From an uncultured Spirochaetota bacterium (GTDB lineage: Bacteria; Spirochaetota; Brevinematia; Brevinematales; JAOACQ01): DNA of 64,000 bases. The stretch lies in contig CAVYGN010000001.1 of NCBI GenBank assembly GCA_963768055.1, positions 160,001 through 224,000 on the forward strand, written 5' to 3'. The position numbers and the translations under genes are program-made. The notes under the pieces were generated by a model. That model was not told the DNA's origin. It searched no databases and saw only the letters and a list, made by a program, of their open reading frames with translations. Shown piece after piece: positions 31,534 through 42,512 of the stretch (position 1 is its first letter; every line of letters begins with the position of its first letter).

Positions 31534-32505
31534 ATGTACAGGCCTGAAATCAAAGTTTTAGACTGCTCGATCAGAGACGGCGGGTTAATAAATAAATGGC
31601 AGTTCAGCGACGAATTTGTCAGGGACACAGTAAAAAACGTTTCGGAATCCGGTGTGGATTACATGGAAATAGGTTATAAGGCCTCCAAGGATAAATTCGA
31701 TCCAAAGGAGTTTGGAAAATGGCGTTTCTGCGACGATGAAGACGTAAAAAGGCTGATCGACGGATTGGAATTAAACACGAAACTGGCATGCATGGTGGAC
31801 ATTGGAAGGGTTGAAGAAAAGGATATTCTTCCGAAAAGCGAGTCTCCATTTGACATGATAAGGGTGGCATGCTACGCAAAGGATACAGACAAGGCGATAG
31901 ATCTTTGCAATCTCATCATGAGCAAGGGTTATCAAACAACCGTCAATATTATGGCCATATCTACAAACCTTGAAAGAGAAATTGACGAAGCGCTTAACGA
32001 CCTTTCCAAAACCGATATACCAATTGTTTATGTGGTTGACTCATATGGGGCAATGTACTCGGAGGATGTTACATTTCTTGTAAAGAAATATTTGAATGCC
32101 ATGCCGGGGAAAACAGTGGGCATACATACCCATAATAACAGACAGCTGGCTTTCGGCAATACGATCCAGGCTATCGTTGACGGGGCGAACATGCTTGACG
32201 GTTCGGTTTACGGGATCGGCCGGGGGCCGGGTAACTGCTGTCTGGAGCTGCTTTTAAGTTTTCTCCAGAATCCGAAATATAACTTGAGGCCGCTGCTTAA
32301 ACTAATTCAGGAACATTACCTCCCTCTGAGGGAAAAGATCGAGTGGGGCTATATAATTCCTTATATGATCACAGGCATGCTGAACGAACATCCCAGGGTT
32401 GCAATAGCTTACAGAGATTCACAGGAAAAAGATAATTTTCTGAAATTTTTCGATATGCTGACTACGCCTGAACCTGATGATTTGATCAAAAAACCTAAAT
32501 TATGA
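31534..32505 (+). CDS. HMGL-like/DRE-TIM aldolase-domain protein (start revised to ATG at 31534)
   Basis: LDCSIRDGG, VDSYG, GIHTHNN, G.GRGPGN; AAGGAG RBS. Confidence 0.82.
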   Translation: MYRPEIKVLDCSIRDGGLINKWQFSDEFVRDTVKNVSESGVDYMEIGYKASKDKFDPKEFGKWRFCDDEDVKRLIDGLELNTKLACMVDIGRVEEKDILPKSESPFDMIRVACYAKDTDKAIDLCNLIMSKGYQTTVNIMAISTNLEREIDEALNDLSKTDIPIVYVVDSYGAMYSEDVTFLVKKYLNAMPGKTVGIHTHNNRQLAFGNTIQAIVDGANMLDGSVYGIGRGPGNCCLELLLSFLQNPKYNLRPLLKLIQEHYLPLREKIEWGYIIPYMITGMLNEHPRVAIAYRDSQEKDNFLKFFDMLTTPEPDDLIKKPKL

Positions 32506-32518
32506 GTGAAAACGCCCC

Positions 32519-33304
32519 TTAATTAATCGGAATACCGGAAGCCACCAGAAGGTTCTTGACCCTGTTTACATTTTCCTGGGCTGTCGTGTACGAGGGATAG
32601 TATTTAACAGCAATCTGGTAGTATTTATATGCCGTCTGCAGGTCATGAATGGATTCTACGGCCATAGCAAGATTATTATAAAAAACACATTTATCAGCCG
32701 GGGGATTATTATTTGCAAAAAAAATCGCGGCTTTAAAAGCGGATTCGGCTTGATTGAAATTAGACATTTTAAGCAGGGTAAGCCCGATGCTGTTGTAAAT
32801 ACCCGGATCAGAGGGCAATAGCATAAGAGCGAACTGATAGGATATAAGCGCATTCTGAAAGTCTCCCAGATATTTGTTCTCATCACCTACAATTACGCAC
32901 CATCCCGCTGTACGGCCCAGGTTCTGAATGGCCTTGAGAGCTATTTTCAGCCTTTCATTATGTTTACCGGCATTATAATAATATGTGATAAGCCGGTTAT
33001 ACAGGTCACCCCTTTTAGGATTGGCATCTATTGCAGCAAGGAGCCTGTTTTCATCGCTCTGTACCGGCTGGACATCCGGTTTTTTTACAGGCTGTTTGAC
33101 AGGTTCGGTTTTATTTGTCTGAACGTTCGGTTCGGGTTTAACTTCTACAAGAGCGGATGATGACTGCGCCGTTTCATCTTTCGTGTCTTCCTGAATTACC
33201 GAACCGGCGCTGCTTTGAGTTTCAGTTGAATTCGAATCCTGGGGATAAATTCTTATGCAGGGTAATAGCGCCAGAAGTGCGAGAGTAAGAATTGTTTTCT
33301 TCAT
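32519..33304 (-). CDS. Exported TPR-repeat protein
   Basis: Signal peptide, low-complexity linker, TPR-like helices (YNSIG, YNNLA). Confidence 0.75.
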   Translation of the reverse strand: MKKTILTLALLALLPCIRIYPQDSNSTETQSSAGSVIQEDTKDETAQSSSALVEVKPEPNVQTNKTEPVKQPVKKPDVQPVQSDENRLLAAIDANPKRGDLYNRLITYYYNAGKHNERLKIALKAIQNLGRTAGWCVIVGDENKYLGDFQNALISYQFALMLLPSDPGIYNSIGLTLLKMSNFNQAESAFKAAIFFANNNPPADKCVFYNNLAMAVESIHDLQTAYKYYQIAVKYYPSYTTAQENVNRVKNLLVASGIPIN

Positions 33305-33325
33305 AAGAGGCTCCTCTTACTATAC

Positions 33326-33409
33326 TGCCGAAGAGGGGACTTGAACCCCTATGAGATTGCTCCCACTGGATTTTGAGTCCAGCGCGTCTGCCAGTTCCGC
33401 CACTTCGGC
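33326..33409 (-). tRNA. tRNA-Leu(CAA)
   Basis: Anticodon arm CTGGA-CTCAAAA-TCCAG, long variable arm, GGTTCAAGTCC. Confidence 0.95.
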
Positions 33410-33420
33410 TGAATAAACAC

Positions 33421-34689
33421 TTATTTTATTTTTATTAACGGCAATTTCGCCTTCGGCTTAAATTCCGCTTTTTTCATAAGAAATTGAAGTGTTGCGTCCA
33501 TCTTAGCCGCTTCGAGTACGTTTTCCCATTCCTCGCGGCTTGATTTTTGTTTGAATTCATCAAGGCTCTGATCATGTTCTCTGGCGTGTGAACGGGCTAT
33601 CTTGTCTATCAAAGCCTGGTCGGGTTTGATGGAATACCTGGTCGAGATATCTTTTGCAGCGAAGTAAAAAACAATATTGTCATAAGTTTTAATTAAAAGA
33701 GAAGAAAATTCCGATTTTATTTTCGAGTCCGAAAGGAGGCCTTTCAGGGATAATTCCGTTACAAAAAAATTATTTTCAAGAAATTTTGAGGCTTCCTCTT
33801 TGGAACCTCTGAGGAATTCCGATTTCGGAAATTCCACTTTTGTTATTTTTGAAAAATATTCGGCAAGCGCGTTTCTCTTGCCGGAGTCGTTTAAACCCGA
33901 CAGTGTCTGCTCAAAACGCTTCCTGACGGCTTCCCTGTATTCGCCGACTGTTTTGTACGATGAAACTTCGGCGACAAGTTCGTCAGTAAGGTTCGGAGGG
34001 GAGGGTCTTTCAATTTTTACAATCTCCCCTTCCAGCTTTTCCCCTTCCAGATTTCCAATGATATCCGCGGTATATGTATCCAAATCGTCGAAATTCAAGG
34101 CTACGATATCACCCGTTTTACCTCCGATAAGTTTTTTCACGATCTTGCTGGAAAAAACAATTTCCTTTTCCCCTGTATAACCTTCGTTCCTTACGCTTAC
34201 TGTCACCATATCGTCTTCTTCGATTTTGCCCTTCACGGTTTCAAGGCTGCTGATCTCTCTTATAATTGTATAATCGATCATCTTATCATCATAATAATAT
34301 TCTTCGAACTCCAGGGCCAGGTTTTCTATATCTATATTTTCTATAACCTGCGGTACCGACTCAAAAACAAGAGAAAAAGAAAAAGGCTGATTTTTAGATA
34401 AATTCTTCAAGGGTTTAAACCGCGGTTCGGAGTAAAGGAGGACTCCGTCTTCATGAAGTTTGTCCGCCGTCTTTACAACCAAAGAACGTATGATCTCATT
34501 CATAACATCGTCAGGGAAATTTTTTTCAATCATATCCAGCGGAACTTTACCGGTTCTATATCCGGGCATCTGGGCTTTTTTTTGAATAGCGGTAAAAGCG
34601 CTTTCATAGGCCTTATCGACTTCTTCACCGTTGAAATGCACGAAAACCTGCCTTAGGCAGTCTTCATATTTCTTGATATAAATTTTCAT
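33421..34689 (-). CDS. tig: Trigger factor (start revised to ATG at 34689)
   Basis: PGYRTGKVP ribosome-binding signature; AGGAG RBS; the longer ORF-track start overlaps tRNA-Gly. Confidence 0.85.
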   Translation of the reverse strand: MKIYIKKYEDCLRQVFVHFNGEEVDKAYESAFTAIQKKAQMPGYRTGKVPLDMIEKNFPDDVMNEIIRSLVVKTADKLHEDGVLLYSEPRFKPLKNLSKNQPFSFSLVFESVPQVIENIDIENLALEFEEYYYDDKMIDYTIIREISSLETVKGKIEEDDMVTVSVRNEGYTGEKEIVFSSKIVKKLIGGKTGDIVALNFDDLDTYTADIIGNLEGEKLEGEIVKIERPSPPNLTDELVAEVSSYKTVGEYREAVRKRFEQTLSGLNDSGKRNALAEYFSKITKVEFPKSEFLRGSKEEASKFLENNFFVTELSLKGLLSDSKIKSEFSSLLIKTYDNIVFYFAAKDISTRYSIKPDQALIDKIARSHAREHDQSLDEFKQKSSREEWENVLEAAKMDATLQFLMKKAEFKPKAKLPLIKIK

Positions 34690-34734
34690 TATTCGAATGG
34701 CTCCTTTATAAAATGAAAAGTCACATAAAAAAAT

Positions 34735-34807
34735 AGCGGGAAACGGGATTCGAACCCGCGACATCTACCTTGGCAAGGTAGCGCTCTACCAACTGAGCTA
34801 TTCCCGC
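34735..34807 (-). tRNA. tRNA-Gly(GCC)
   Basis: CTACC-TTGCCAA-GGTAG anticodon arm; GGTTCGAATCC. Confidence 0.95.
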
Positions 34808-34829
34808 ATATTTTATGAAAACATGCTCT

Positions 34830-34911
34830 TGCGAGTAGAGGGACTTGAACCCACACGCGTTACCGCACCAGATCCTAAGTCTGGCGTGTCTGCCAATTCC
34901 ACCATACTCGC
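34830..34911 (-). tRNA. tRNA-Leu(TAG)
   Basis: CCAGA-CTTAGGA-TCTGG; long variable arm. Confidence 0.95.
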
Positions 34912-34933
34912 GCTTCCCGGAGTTAAATCACTC

Positions 34934-35006
<73 letters not shown>

Positions 35007-35027
35007 ATTATCTATAAACTCGACCTC

Positions 35028-35101
35028 TGCGCCCGGCAGGACTCGAACCTGCGGCCTTCGGATTCGAAGTCCACTGCTCTATCCACCTGAGCTACGAGCG
35101 C
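35028..35101 (-). tRNA. tRNA-Arg(TCG)
   Basis: TGGA-CTTCGAA-TCCG anticodon arm; GGTTCGAGTCC. Confidence 0.9.
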
Positions 35102-35139
35102 TTATAAGCTTTTTCGGCGCCTTTGAGGTGAGCCTTCTG

Positions 35140-35213
35140 GGTGGACAATGGGATTTGAACCCACAGCCCCCGGTGCCACAGACCGGTGCTCTAACCGTTG
35201 AGCTATGTCCACC
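35140..35213 (-). tRNA. tRNA-His(GTG)
   Basis: CCGGT-CTGTGGC-ACCGG; encoded G-1 and C discriminator. Confidence 0.95.
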
Positions 35214-35219
35214 AGGTAC

Positions 35220-35293
35220 TGCGCCTGACAGGAGTCGAACCTGTGGCCCACAGCTTAGAAGGCTGTTGCTCTATCCAGCTGAGCTACAGGCGC
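35220..35293 (-). tRNA. tRNA-Arg(TCT)
   Basis: ACAGC-CTTCTAA-GCTGT. Confidence 0.95.
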
Positions 35294-35297
35294 GAAT

Positions 35298-35372
35298 TCG
35301 GGGCGAGAAGATTCGAACTTCCGGCCCCCTGCTCCCAAGGCAGGTGCGCTAACCGAACTGCGCTACACCCCG
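35298..35372 (-). tRNA. tRNA-Pro(TGG)
   Basis: CCTGC-CTTGGGA-GCAGG; CGGGGTG 5' end. Confidence 0.95.
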
Positions 35373-35409
35373 AAAAACAACAAACCTCCAGTTCAATATT
35401 GGGAAAAAT

Positions 35410-35438
35410 ATTTTAATAGATTTTAAGGGGCATGTCAA
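35410..35438 (-). promoter_or_regulatory. sigma70 promoter of the tRNA-tig operon
   Basis: Minus-strand TTGACA, 17 nt, TAAAAT upstream of tRNA-Pro. Confidence 0.7.
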
Positions 35439-35442
35439 ATTT

Positions 35443-35480
35443 TAGGGCGCTTCTACCCTTCGGGCCCTTCGGATAGGAAG
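35443..35480. repeat. Dispersed intergenic hairpin repeat, copy 3
   Basis: TAGGGCGCTTCTACCCTTCGGGCCCTTCGGATAGGAAG downstream of clpB. Confidence 0.65.
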
Positions 35481-35502
35481 TAAAGATCAGGCGGGAATCC
35501 TT

Positions 35503-38094
35503 TTATTCGATTGACAACTGCCCGTTCTTTTCAGTTATGTTGATCGTACAGCCTTCTTTAAAGTTGCCGGACAAAATTTCCAGGGAGAGCCTGTCCAGTA
35601 TCAGTTTTTGTATGACCCTTTTCAGGGGCCTTGCTCCGAAATTCTGGTCATAACCGAGTTCCGCCAATAGTTTTTTAGCACTCATAGACACGTTCAGTTT
35701 CATCTTGCTATCCTCAATCCTCTTTCTTACATAAGAAAGCTGTATGTCTACGATTTGAAGTATGTCGCTTTCCGTAAGCCCGTTGAATGTGATGATTTCA
35801 TCGATCCTGTTCAGAAATTCCGGCCTGAACTGTGTTTTGAGCAGGCCCATTACTTCGTCCACAACTTTTTCAGCTTTGGGGGAATTTTGTGAAAATCCCT
35901 TTATCTGCAGGACGTTGGAACCGATATTAGAGGTCATTATTATAATAGTGTTGGTAAAATTGACAGTCCTTCCCTGCCCGTCGGTAAGGCGGCCGTCGTC
36001 CATTATCTGGAGCAGGATATTGAAAACGTCAGGGTGTGCTTTTTCAATCTCGTCAAAAAGGATAACGGTGTAGGGCCTTCTCCTGATTATCTCAGTCAGC
36101 TGTCCCCCCTCCTCGTAGCCTACATATCCGGGAGGCGCGCCTATAAGACGCTGAACCGAAAATTTTTCCATATATTCGCTCATATCCATGCGGACCAGCG
36201 CTTTTTCAGTATCAAATAGAAATTCGGCAAGAGCCTTTGAAAGTTCTGTCTTTCCAACCCCTGTAGGCCCAAGGAACATAAAACTACCTATAGGCCTGTT
36301 TTCCTCCTGGACACCCGCGCGCGATCGGCGGACCGCGTTGGCTACAGCCTGAATGGCGGTTTCCTGGCCGATGACTCTCTTCTTGAGCACCTCCTCAAGA
36401 TGGATCAGCTTTTGCTTTTCAGATTCGAGCATTCTCGCGACAGGAATGCCTGTCCAGTCCGATACTGTTCTGGCAATATCCTCCTCGGTGATCTCCTCCC
36501 TTAGCATGGGTGAATCGCCCTGCATCTCGCGGAGTTTGGACTGCAGTTCTTTTAACTCCTTTTCATTTTCGGGTATGAAACCGTATCTTATTTCAGCCAC
36601 CTTATTCAGATCGCCGGCCCTTTCCAGGCGTTCTTCCTCCTGGTGCTGGCGGTCCATTTCCTGAGTGATGTCCTTGATCCTTCTTATTATACCCTTCTCA
36701 TTATCCCACCTGGTTTTTAATGCTTTAGATTTTTCCTGGAGCTCGGATATCTCTTTTTCGAGTTCTCCCAGTCTTTCAGCGTTTTCAGGCTTATTTTCTT
36801 TGGATAGGGCCTGCTTTTCTATTGAAAAACTGAGTATCTTTCTGTCAAGGTCGTCAAGAAGCTGGGGCTGGCTTTCAATTTCAAGCCGTATCTTCGAAGC
36901 GGCTTCGTCGACAAGATCGATCGCTTTGTCAGGCAGCCGCCTCTCGGTAATATAACGGACGGAAAGGTTTGTCGCGGCGATCAGGGCCGAATCCGCGATC
37001 CGTATTCCATGATGCGCTTCATATTTTTCTTTGAGGCCCCGGAGGATTGAGATTGTGTCCTCAACGGAAGGTTCGTTGACATAGACCGGCTGGAAACGGC
37101 GTTCAAAGGCCTTGTCTTTTTCTATATATCGCCTGTATTCGTCCGTGGTGGTAGCGCCTATTACTTTGATTTCACCCCTCGCAAGGGCGGGTTTGAGCAT
37201 ATTGCCTGCGTCTACAGCGCCTTCAGCATTTCCGGCCCCGACTACGGTATGAAGTTCATCGATGAATAATATGGATTCGCCGTTAGAGTCGGCAGCTTCC
37301 TTTAGAAGCGCTTTAAGCCGTTCTTCGAAATCGCCCCTGAATTTTGTACCCGCGATCATCATTCCGAGATCCAGGGCGAGTATTCTTTTATTTTTAAGGC
37401 TTTCGGGGACGTCACCGGACGCGATACGCCTGGCAATGCCCTCTACAATAGCGGTTTTTCCGACCCCGGCTTCCCCGATCAGTACGGGGTTATTTTTTGT
37501 ACGGCGGGAAAGGACCTGCATTGAGCGGCGGATTTCCATATTCCTGCCTATTACCGGATCAAGTTTTCCCTGCCTGGCCATTTCTGTCAGGTCCCGGCTG
37601 TATTTTTCGAGGGCTTTGTATTTTGTTTCAGGGGTCTCGTCTGTAACTCTCTGATTACCCCTTAAATTTTTAATGGCGAGAAGAATGCTGTCGTAATTGA
37701 GGTTAGCCTGGCGGAACATTTCCTGGAGAGAGGCGTCTTTTGAGTCCAGAATACCCAGGAGTATGTGTTCCGTGCTGATATAATCGTCATGAAGCCTGGT
37801 GGCCTCTCCGACCGCATTTTCAAGGGCTTCGTTAAGTTCTTTTGTCAAATATGTCTGGCCGACTCCAAAAATTTTTGGTTTTCTTTGAAGTCTTTCTTCC
37901 AGAAGGGCTGTAAGTTTTGATAAATTGATTTCTATGCTCTGAAGGATGGGTTTTACCAATCCCTCTTCCTGGTTAAGAAGAGAAACAAAAAGATGCTCGA
38001 CATCTATACTCTGATGATTGTATGAATTCGCCAATTCACCGGATTTTTCAAGGGCTTCCCTGGCCCTGACAGTCATTTTGTTCAAATTCATCAA
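35503..38094 (-). CDS. clpB: ATP-dependent chaperone ClpB
   Basis: Two AAA+ domains ([16 protein letters not shown]), coiled-coil middle domain, [13 protein letters not shown]. Confidence 0.96.
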   Translation of the reverse strand: MMNLNKMTVRAREALEKSGELANSYNHQSIDVEHLFVSLLNQEEGLVKPILQSIEINLSKLTALLEERLQRKPKIFGVGQTYLTKELNEALENAVGEATRLHDDYISTEHILLGILDSKDASLQEMFRQANLNYDSILLAIKNLRGNQRVTDETPETKYKALEKYSRDLTEMARQGKLDPVIGRNMEIRRSMQVLSRRTKNNPVLIGEAGVGKTAIVEGIARRIASGDVPESLKNKRILALDLGMMIAGTKFRGDFEERLKALLKEAADSNGESILFIDELHTVVGAGNAEGAVDAGNMLKPALARGEIKVIGATTTDEYRRYIEKDKAFERRFQPVYVNEPSVEDTISILRGLKEKYEAHHGIRIADSALIAATNLSVRYITERRLPDKAIDLVDEAASKIRLEIESQPQLLDDLDRKILSFSIEKQALSKENKPENAERLGELEKEISELQEKSKALKTRWDNEKGIIRRIKDITQEMDRQHQEEERLERAGDLNKVAEIRYGFIPENEKELKELQSKLREMQGDSPMLREEITEEDIARTVSDWTGIPVARMLESEKQKLIHLEEVLKKRVIGQETAIQAVANAVRRSRAGVQEENRPIGSFMFLGPTGVGKTELSKALAEFLFDTEKALVRMDMSEYMEKFSVQRLIGAPPGYVGYEEGGQLTEIIRRRPYTVILFDEIEKAHPDVFNILLQIMDDGRLTDGQGRTVNFTNTIIIMTSNIGSNVLQIKGFSQNSPKAEKVVDEVMGLLKTQFRPEFLNRIDEIITFNGLTESDILQIVDIQLSYVRKRIEDSKMKLNVSMSAKKLLAELGYDQNFGARPLKRVIQKLILDRLSLEILSGNFKEGCTINITEKNGQLSIE

Positions 38095-38238
38095 CAGCTC
38101 CCATAAAAATAAGATTTATTAAATCTAATTCTTTAAATATAATATGTCAAGGGGCCGGTCTAAAAAAGCTATGAATAGTATGAATAGTTATTGCTTGGTT
38201 GGCGCAGCCTATTTATAATAAAGGAAAAGGAGGCTGTC

Positions 38239-39051
38239 ATGAAACTTATCGATAAAGTGATTGTAATAACAGGTTCGACACGAGGTTCCGGAAGGGTCAT
38301 TGCCGAGGCTTGCGCCCATGAAGGGGCCAGGGTGGTGATAACCTCCCGAAATGAGCAGGCTGTTGCAGAAATTGCCGGAAGATTAAAAAATCAAGGCTTA
38401 AATGCAATAGGTATATCGGCAGATGTTTCAAATCCGGCAGACCTCAAAAAGTTATTTCAATATACGATCAAAGAATTTGGAAAGATAGATGTCTGGATAA
38501 ATAATGCAGGTTTATCAGGCGGCTACAGATACCTTCATGATTTAACCAGCGAGGAAATATCCGATATTATCAATACTAACCTGACCGGCCTGGTTGATGC
38601 CTGCAGGATGATTCTTGATTATTTCATTAATCAAAAAGGAGGCATACTTATCAATATGAGCGGCCGCGGCGGCCGCAGTGAATCCTCTCCTTATACGGCT
38701 GTATACGCATGTACAAAAGCCGCTATTTCAAACCTGACAAAAAGTCTTGCCGCCGAATACAGAAAATATCCTGTATCTATACACTATGTTTTACCCGGTA
38801 TGATGCAGACTGATTTTTATGTCGATATAAAAGTCAGCCGGGGCTTTGAGAATACTGAAAAAACAATCCGGCTGGTCATGAACGCATTCGGGACCCCGCT
38901 TGATACTGTCGCCAGGCTTTTCGTTAAAATATCCGGCCAGAAACCGGGAAGGTTTACCGGGAAGGCCTATTCGACAATGAACAGTGTAAGGATGTTAATT
39001 GGAATAGGAAAGATGATATGGTACAGGATAACCGGGAAAATAAAAAGCTAG
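38239..39051 (+). CDS. SDR-family oxidoreductase
   Basis: TGSTRG.G, NNAG, YACTK (YxxxK); GGAGG RBS before MKLIDK. Confidence 0.88.
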   Translation: MKLIDKVIVITGSTRGSGRVIAEACAHEGARVVITSRNEQAVAEIAGRLKNQGLNAIGISADVSNPADLKKLFQYTIKEFGKIDVWINNAGLSGGYRYLHDLTSEEISDIINTNLTGLVDACRMILDYFINQKGGILINMSGRGGRSESSPYTAVYACTKAAISNLTKSLAAEYRKYPVSIHYVLPGMMQTDFYVDIKVSRGFENTEKTIRLVMNAFGTPLDTVARLFVKISGQKPGRFTGKAYSTMNSVRMLIGIGKMIWYRITGKIKS

Positions 39052-39431
39052 GGTATGCCGGAGGGCTCCCCCAATATCCGTTCGATTATTTGAAGTAAAT
39101 CGTCTATATTAAACGGCTTGTACATGCAATCAAATGCTCCAAGTTTCATAGCTTCCGATTCGAATACAAAATTGGGGTCGGAACTGCTGCTGAAAATAAC
39201 GACAACAAGTTCCGGTTTAATTTCTTTTATTATTTTAAGAGCCTCCGGACCCCTCATGACAGGCATATGAACATCCAGAAAAACAATATCCAGGTTATTC
39301 TTTTTTACTATTTCGACAGCTTCTTCTCCATCATGGGCTGTAAAAACTTCAAAACCCCGGGGTTCAAGAATAAAGCGGAATAAATCGCGTATTCCCTCTT
39401 CATCGTCTGCAATTAATATTTTTTTATCCAT
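39048..39431 (-). CDS. Single-domain response regulator (CheY-like)
   Basis: ILIADD, FLDVHMP, KPF. Confidence 0.9.
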   Translation of the reverse strand: MDKKILIADDEEGIRDLFRFILEPRGFEVFTAHDGEEAVEIVKKNNLDIVFLDVHMPVMRGPEALKIIKEIKPELVVVIFSSSSDPNFVFESEAMKLGAFDCMYKPFNIDDLLQIIERILGEPSGIP

Positions 39432-41256
39432 TATATCCCTCTTTTAACGGCAGTTTAATTGTAAATATAGATCCTTTATTTAACACGCTTTCGACTTCGA
39501 TAGTTCCATTATGTTTTTTAATGATCTCATAGCACAAACTCAAACCCAATCCTGTTCCGCTGCCGATTTCTTTCGTGGTAAAAAAGGGTTCAAATATATG
39601 TTTCATTATTTCTTCACTCATTCCTATACCTGTGTCGCTTATTTTGAGTTCTATAAAATTTTTAATCCGCCTCGTTGTTAACTTCAAAATTCCGCCGTCA
39701 GGCATTGCATCCATAGCGTTGTTGCATAAATTTACAATTAACTGCTGTAACTGGTTTTTATTGGCTGTTATTAAAGGCAAATTATCTTGATATTCTTTAA
39801 TAATATCTACGCTTTTTATCTTTCCACGGGCTCCAATAAAAGATAATGTTCCGTCAATTGACTGGTTTATATCGATTTCTTCGGACTTCGTCTTCTCCAC
39901 CCTTGAAAATGTCAATAGATCAAAAATTATTTTCCTGCACCGTACCGCTTCCCGCTCTATCGATTTTAACGGCATATAGAGAGGATCGGTATTTTTTATT
40001 ATTTTTAATATGCTCTGGACAAACCCGAGAATAACCCCCATCGGATTATTGATCTCATGAGCTACGCCGCCAGCAAGCTGCCCGACTGCGGCCATTTTCT
40101 CAGACTGGATCAACTGGAGTTGAGTCGTCCTTAACCTGTCATATGCATCCTGCAATTCCAGGGCTTTTAACTGAAACGCTTCGGTTCTGGCTTTTTCCAC
40201 CGCAAGCTCCCGTTCCCTTTCCTGTAATTGCAATAACTCTCTCATATCTCTGGCAACGCCGACTATGCCTATATAATTTTCTTCCTTATCCATCAGCGCC
40301 GAGCCTGAAAAGCTGACCGGAATGTATTCGCCATTTTTGGTTCTAAAAGAAATTTGCTCATTTCTGAAAGACTCTTCTTTAAATAACATATCCCATTTAA
40401 CGGTGGCCTTTAGTCCGGAGAAAAGCTTTTCAGCCCGGCTTCCGATAATTTCATCCCGCACATAACCGAGAAGGTTCAATACGGCGTTGTTAGTTTCAAT
40501 GATCTTTTCTTCCCTGTCGATAAGGATCAGGGAATCACTCATTGTTGAAAGAATATCAGAAGCCGCATAGGCCGGTGTGAGGGTCATAAATTTTTGAATG
40601 GTTATTGAGTATACTATCCAGGCCGATAGCAAAACTGTTATAATCGGAAGGAAAAGCGGTATGATATTATGAGGCAGTAATATTTCGGCAATTGTCCCAA
40701 TAATGAGAACGACCAATGCTGAAATAATAATCGATTTCACCCGTTTTTTTTCATTAGATTTTCTTTTTTTTGCAAAAATAAGACCCAGTGTCAGAGCAAG
40801 GATCGTAAATAAAACATAATATGCGAAGAAAAGGGGGGGCCAGATCGATGAAGACCAAACGGGAGTCCATCCGTATGTCTGTTTAATTAAGTTATTTGCC
40901 AGATGACCGGTCCACTGCATATATGAGAAAAAAACAGGGAATAAGAATATTAGCGGATAAACGTACCATTTCATGAATTTTTTTTCATTCAATCTTGTTG
41001 AAAAATAAGATAGCAATATGGCGAAAACTGCAAAACTGCACCAGCCGAAAGAAGAAATATTCAGCCATAATATCGCTTTTTTAATATCCGTCGAGTTTTG
41101 TAAAAACAAAGACGTCAAATTCCAGATTGCAAAACAGAAAATAAGTGATGCGCAAGCTCTATTTGCCGCCGCTCTCGGATTTTTTGATAAAATAAAAAAG
41201 ATCAGCCATACGCAGATTAGAAAAGAAAAATAATATGTTAAATAAAAAAGATTCAT
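39424..41256 (-). CDS. 7TM-PAS sensor histidine kinase
   Basis: N-terminal TMs, PAS, AHEINNP H-box, FEPFFTTK, GTGLGL. Confidence 0.92.
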   Translation of the reverse strand: MNLFYLTYYFSFLICVWLIFFILSKNPRAAANRACASLIFCFAIWNLTSLFLQNSTDIKKAILWLNISSFGWCSFAVFAILLSYFSTRLNEKKFMKWYVYPLIFLFPVFFSYMQWTGHLANNLIKQTYGWTPVWSSSIWPPLFFAYYVLFTILALTLGLIFAKKRKSNEKKRVKSIIISALVVLIIGTIAEILLPHNIIPLFLPIITVLLSAWIVYSITIQKFMTLTPAYAASDILSTMSDSLILIDREEKIIETNNAVLNLLGYVRDEIIGSRAEKLFSGLKATVKWDMLFKEESFRNEQISFRTKNGEYIPVSFSGSALMDKEENYIGIVGVARDMRELLQLQERERELAVEKARTEAFQLKALELQDAYDRLRTTQLQLIQSEKMAAVGQLAGGVAHEINNPMGVILGFVQSILKIIKNTDPLYMPLKSIEREAVRCRKIIFDLLTFSRVEKTKSEEIDINQSIDGTLSFIGARGKIKSVDIIKEYQDNLPLITANKNQLQQLIVNLCNNAMDAMPDGGILKLTTRRIKNFIELKISDTGIGMSEEIMKHIFEPFFTTKEIGSGTGLGLSLCYEIIKKHNGTIEVESVLNKGSIFTIKLPLKEGYNG

Positions 41257-41258
41257 CC

Positions 41259-42491
41259 TTAAACCAATTTACCCGAATCGAAAATTTTCACGAATGCATT
41301 TACAGCCGCGGGATCAAACTGCTTGTTGCTGTAAAATATCAGTTTTTCTTTTGCTTCTTCCTTTGTCAAAGCCTTTCGGAAAGGACATTCTGAAATCATT
41401 GCCTCATAAGCGCATGCCACGGCAATTATCCTGGCTTCCAGACTGATTTCATTGATTATTTTACCGTTTATGAATGTTTTTCCCTGATCATGCATTTGAG
41501 AAGACGACCGGATTTTATTTATTTCCCGAACTGAGAGTCCCATTTCTTCGGCTATTGCCACTGCAATTTTTGCAGCATGTTCAGTTGTATAATCGTCTTT
41601 ATCAAATGCCGCACCCGTCAAGGATCCTACGGTCGTTATATATAAAGTATTTAATTCATTAAACAATTTGGCATTTTTAACAGCCAGCGCTATTTGTGAA
41701 GCGAATATGCCGGCCTTTCTCAGGTCGTTTTCTGTAAAATTCTCTACATCTTTAATCCGGTTGATATTGAGAATACCCATCACTTCGGATTTATCGATCA
41801 ACGGTATGACCATTGATGAATTAAAACGCGGATCCTTAACCAGATCCCCATTTAAAAGCAAAGGCTGCTTTTCCTTTACTGCCCAGCCCGCTATACTCTC
41901 CCTGGCTTCCAACCCGGCCTTATTATTGGAGTCTTCGGCAATATCGAAAGAGGCTGCGGCAATATAGAGTTTCTTCTCATCATCAAGCAGCATAAGGGAA
42001 GCGGTATCCGATTTAAGAACCTTCATCGTTAAATTTATCGATATTTTGAAAAGACTTTCGAATTCCAGGGTCGAAAGAATAGCCTTGCTTATCTCATAAA
42101 GAGCTATAGTTTCTTTCAATCTCCTTTTCTCAATGGCATTTTCCACAACAATTGTTATCTCGTCGACGCTATTTGGTTTTGTAATGAAATCGCACGCGCC
42201 TTTCCTCAAAGTTTCAATAGCCAATTCAATGGTGCCGTATCCTGTGCTTATTATTACCTCGATATCCGAGTCAATCTTTTTGATTTGTTCCAGCACAGCG
42301 ACTCCATTCATTTCAGGCATCATTATATCGACAATTGCGATGTCAAATCTCTCTTTTTTTATTCTTTCAATGCCCTCTTTTCCGCTTTGTGCTGAAGAAA
42401 CAAGATAACCCTGCCGTCCCAATTCAAAAGACAGCCAGTCCCGTATTCCTTCTTCGTCATCGATGACCAAAATTTTTTTTTCAAGATTCAT
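41259..42491 (-). CDS. Response regulator with GAF and degenerate HD-GYP domains
   Basis: REC (IDD, DIMMP), GAF, HDQGK joined almost directly to ARIIAVACAYEAM. Confidence 0.8.
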   Translation of the reverse strand: MNLEKKILVIDDEEGIRDWLSFELGRQGYLVSSAQSGKEGIERIKKERFDIAIVDIMMPEMNGVAVLEQIKKIDSDIEVIISTGYGTIELAIETLRKGACDFITKPNSVDEITIVVENAIEKRRLKETIALYEISKAILSTLEFESLFKISINLTMKVLKSDTASLMLLDDEKKLYIAAASFDIAEDSNNKAGLEARESIAGWAVKEKQPLLLNGDLVKDPRFNSSMVIPLIDKSEVMGILNINRIKDVENFTENDLRKAGIFASQIALAVKNAKLFNELNTLYITTVGSLTGAAFDKDDYTTEHAAKIAVAIAEEMGLSVREINKIRSSSQMHDQGKTFINGKIINEISLEARIIAVACAYEAMISECPFRKALTKEEAKEKLIFYSNKQFDPAAVNAFVKIFDSGKLV

Positions 42492-42512
42492 ATGTTCCCA
42501 TCCTTCCTTTAT

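Noticed and set aside
34690..34764. N-terminal extension of trigger factor in the ORF track
   Set aside because: It overlaps tRNA-Gly, and the RBS supports the ATG at 34689.
35128..35416. ORF-track ORFs 35128-35352 and 35198-35416
   Set aside because: Antisense shadows of tRNA genes.
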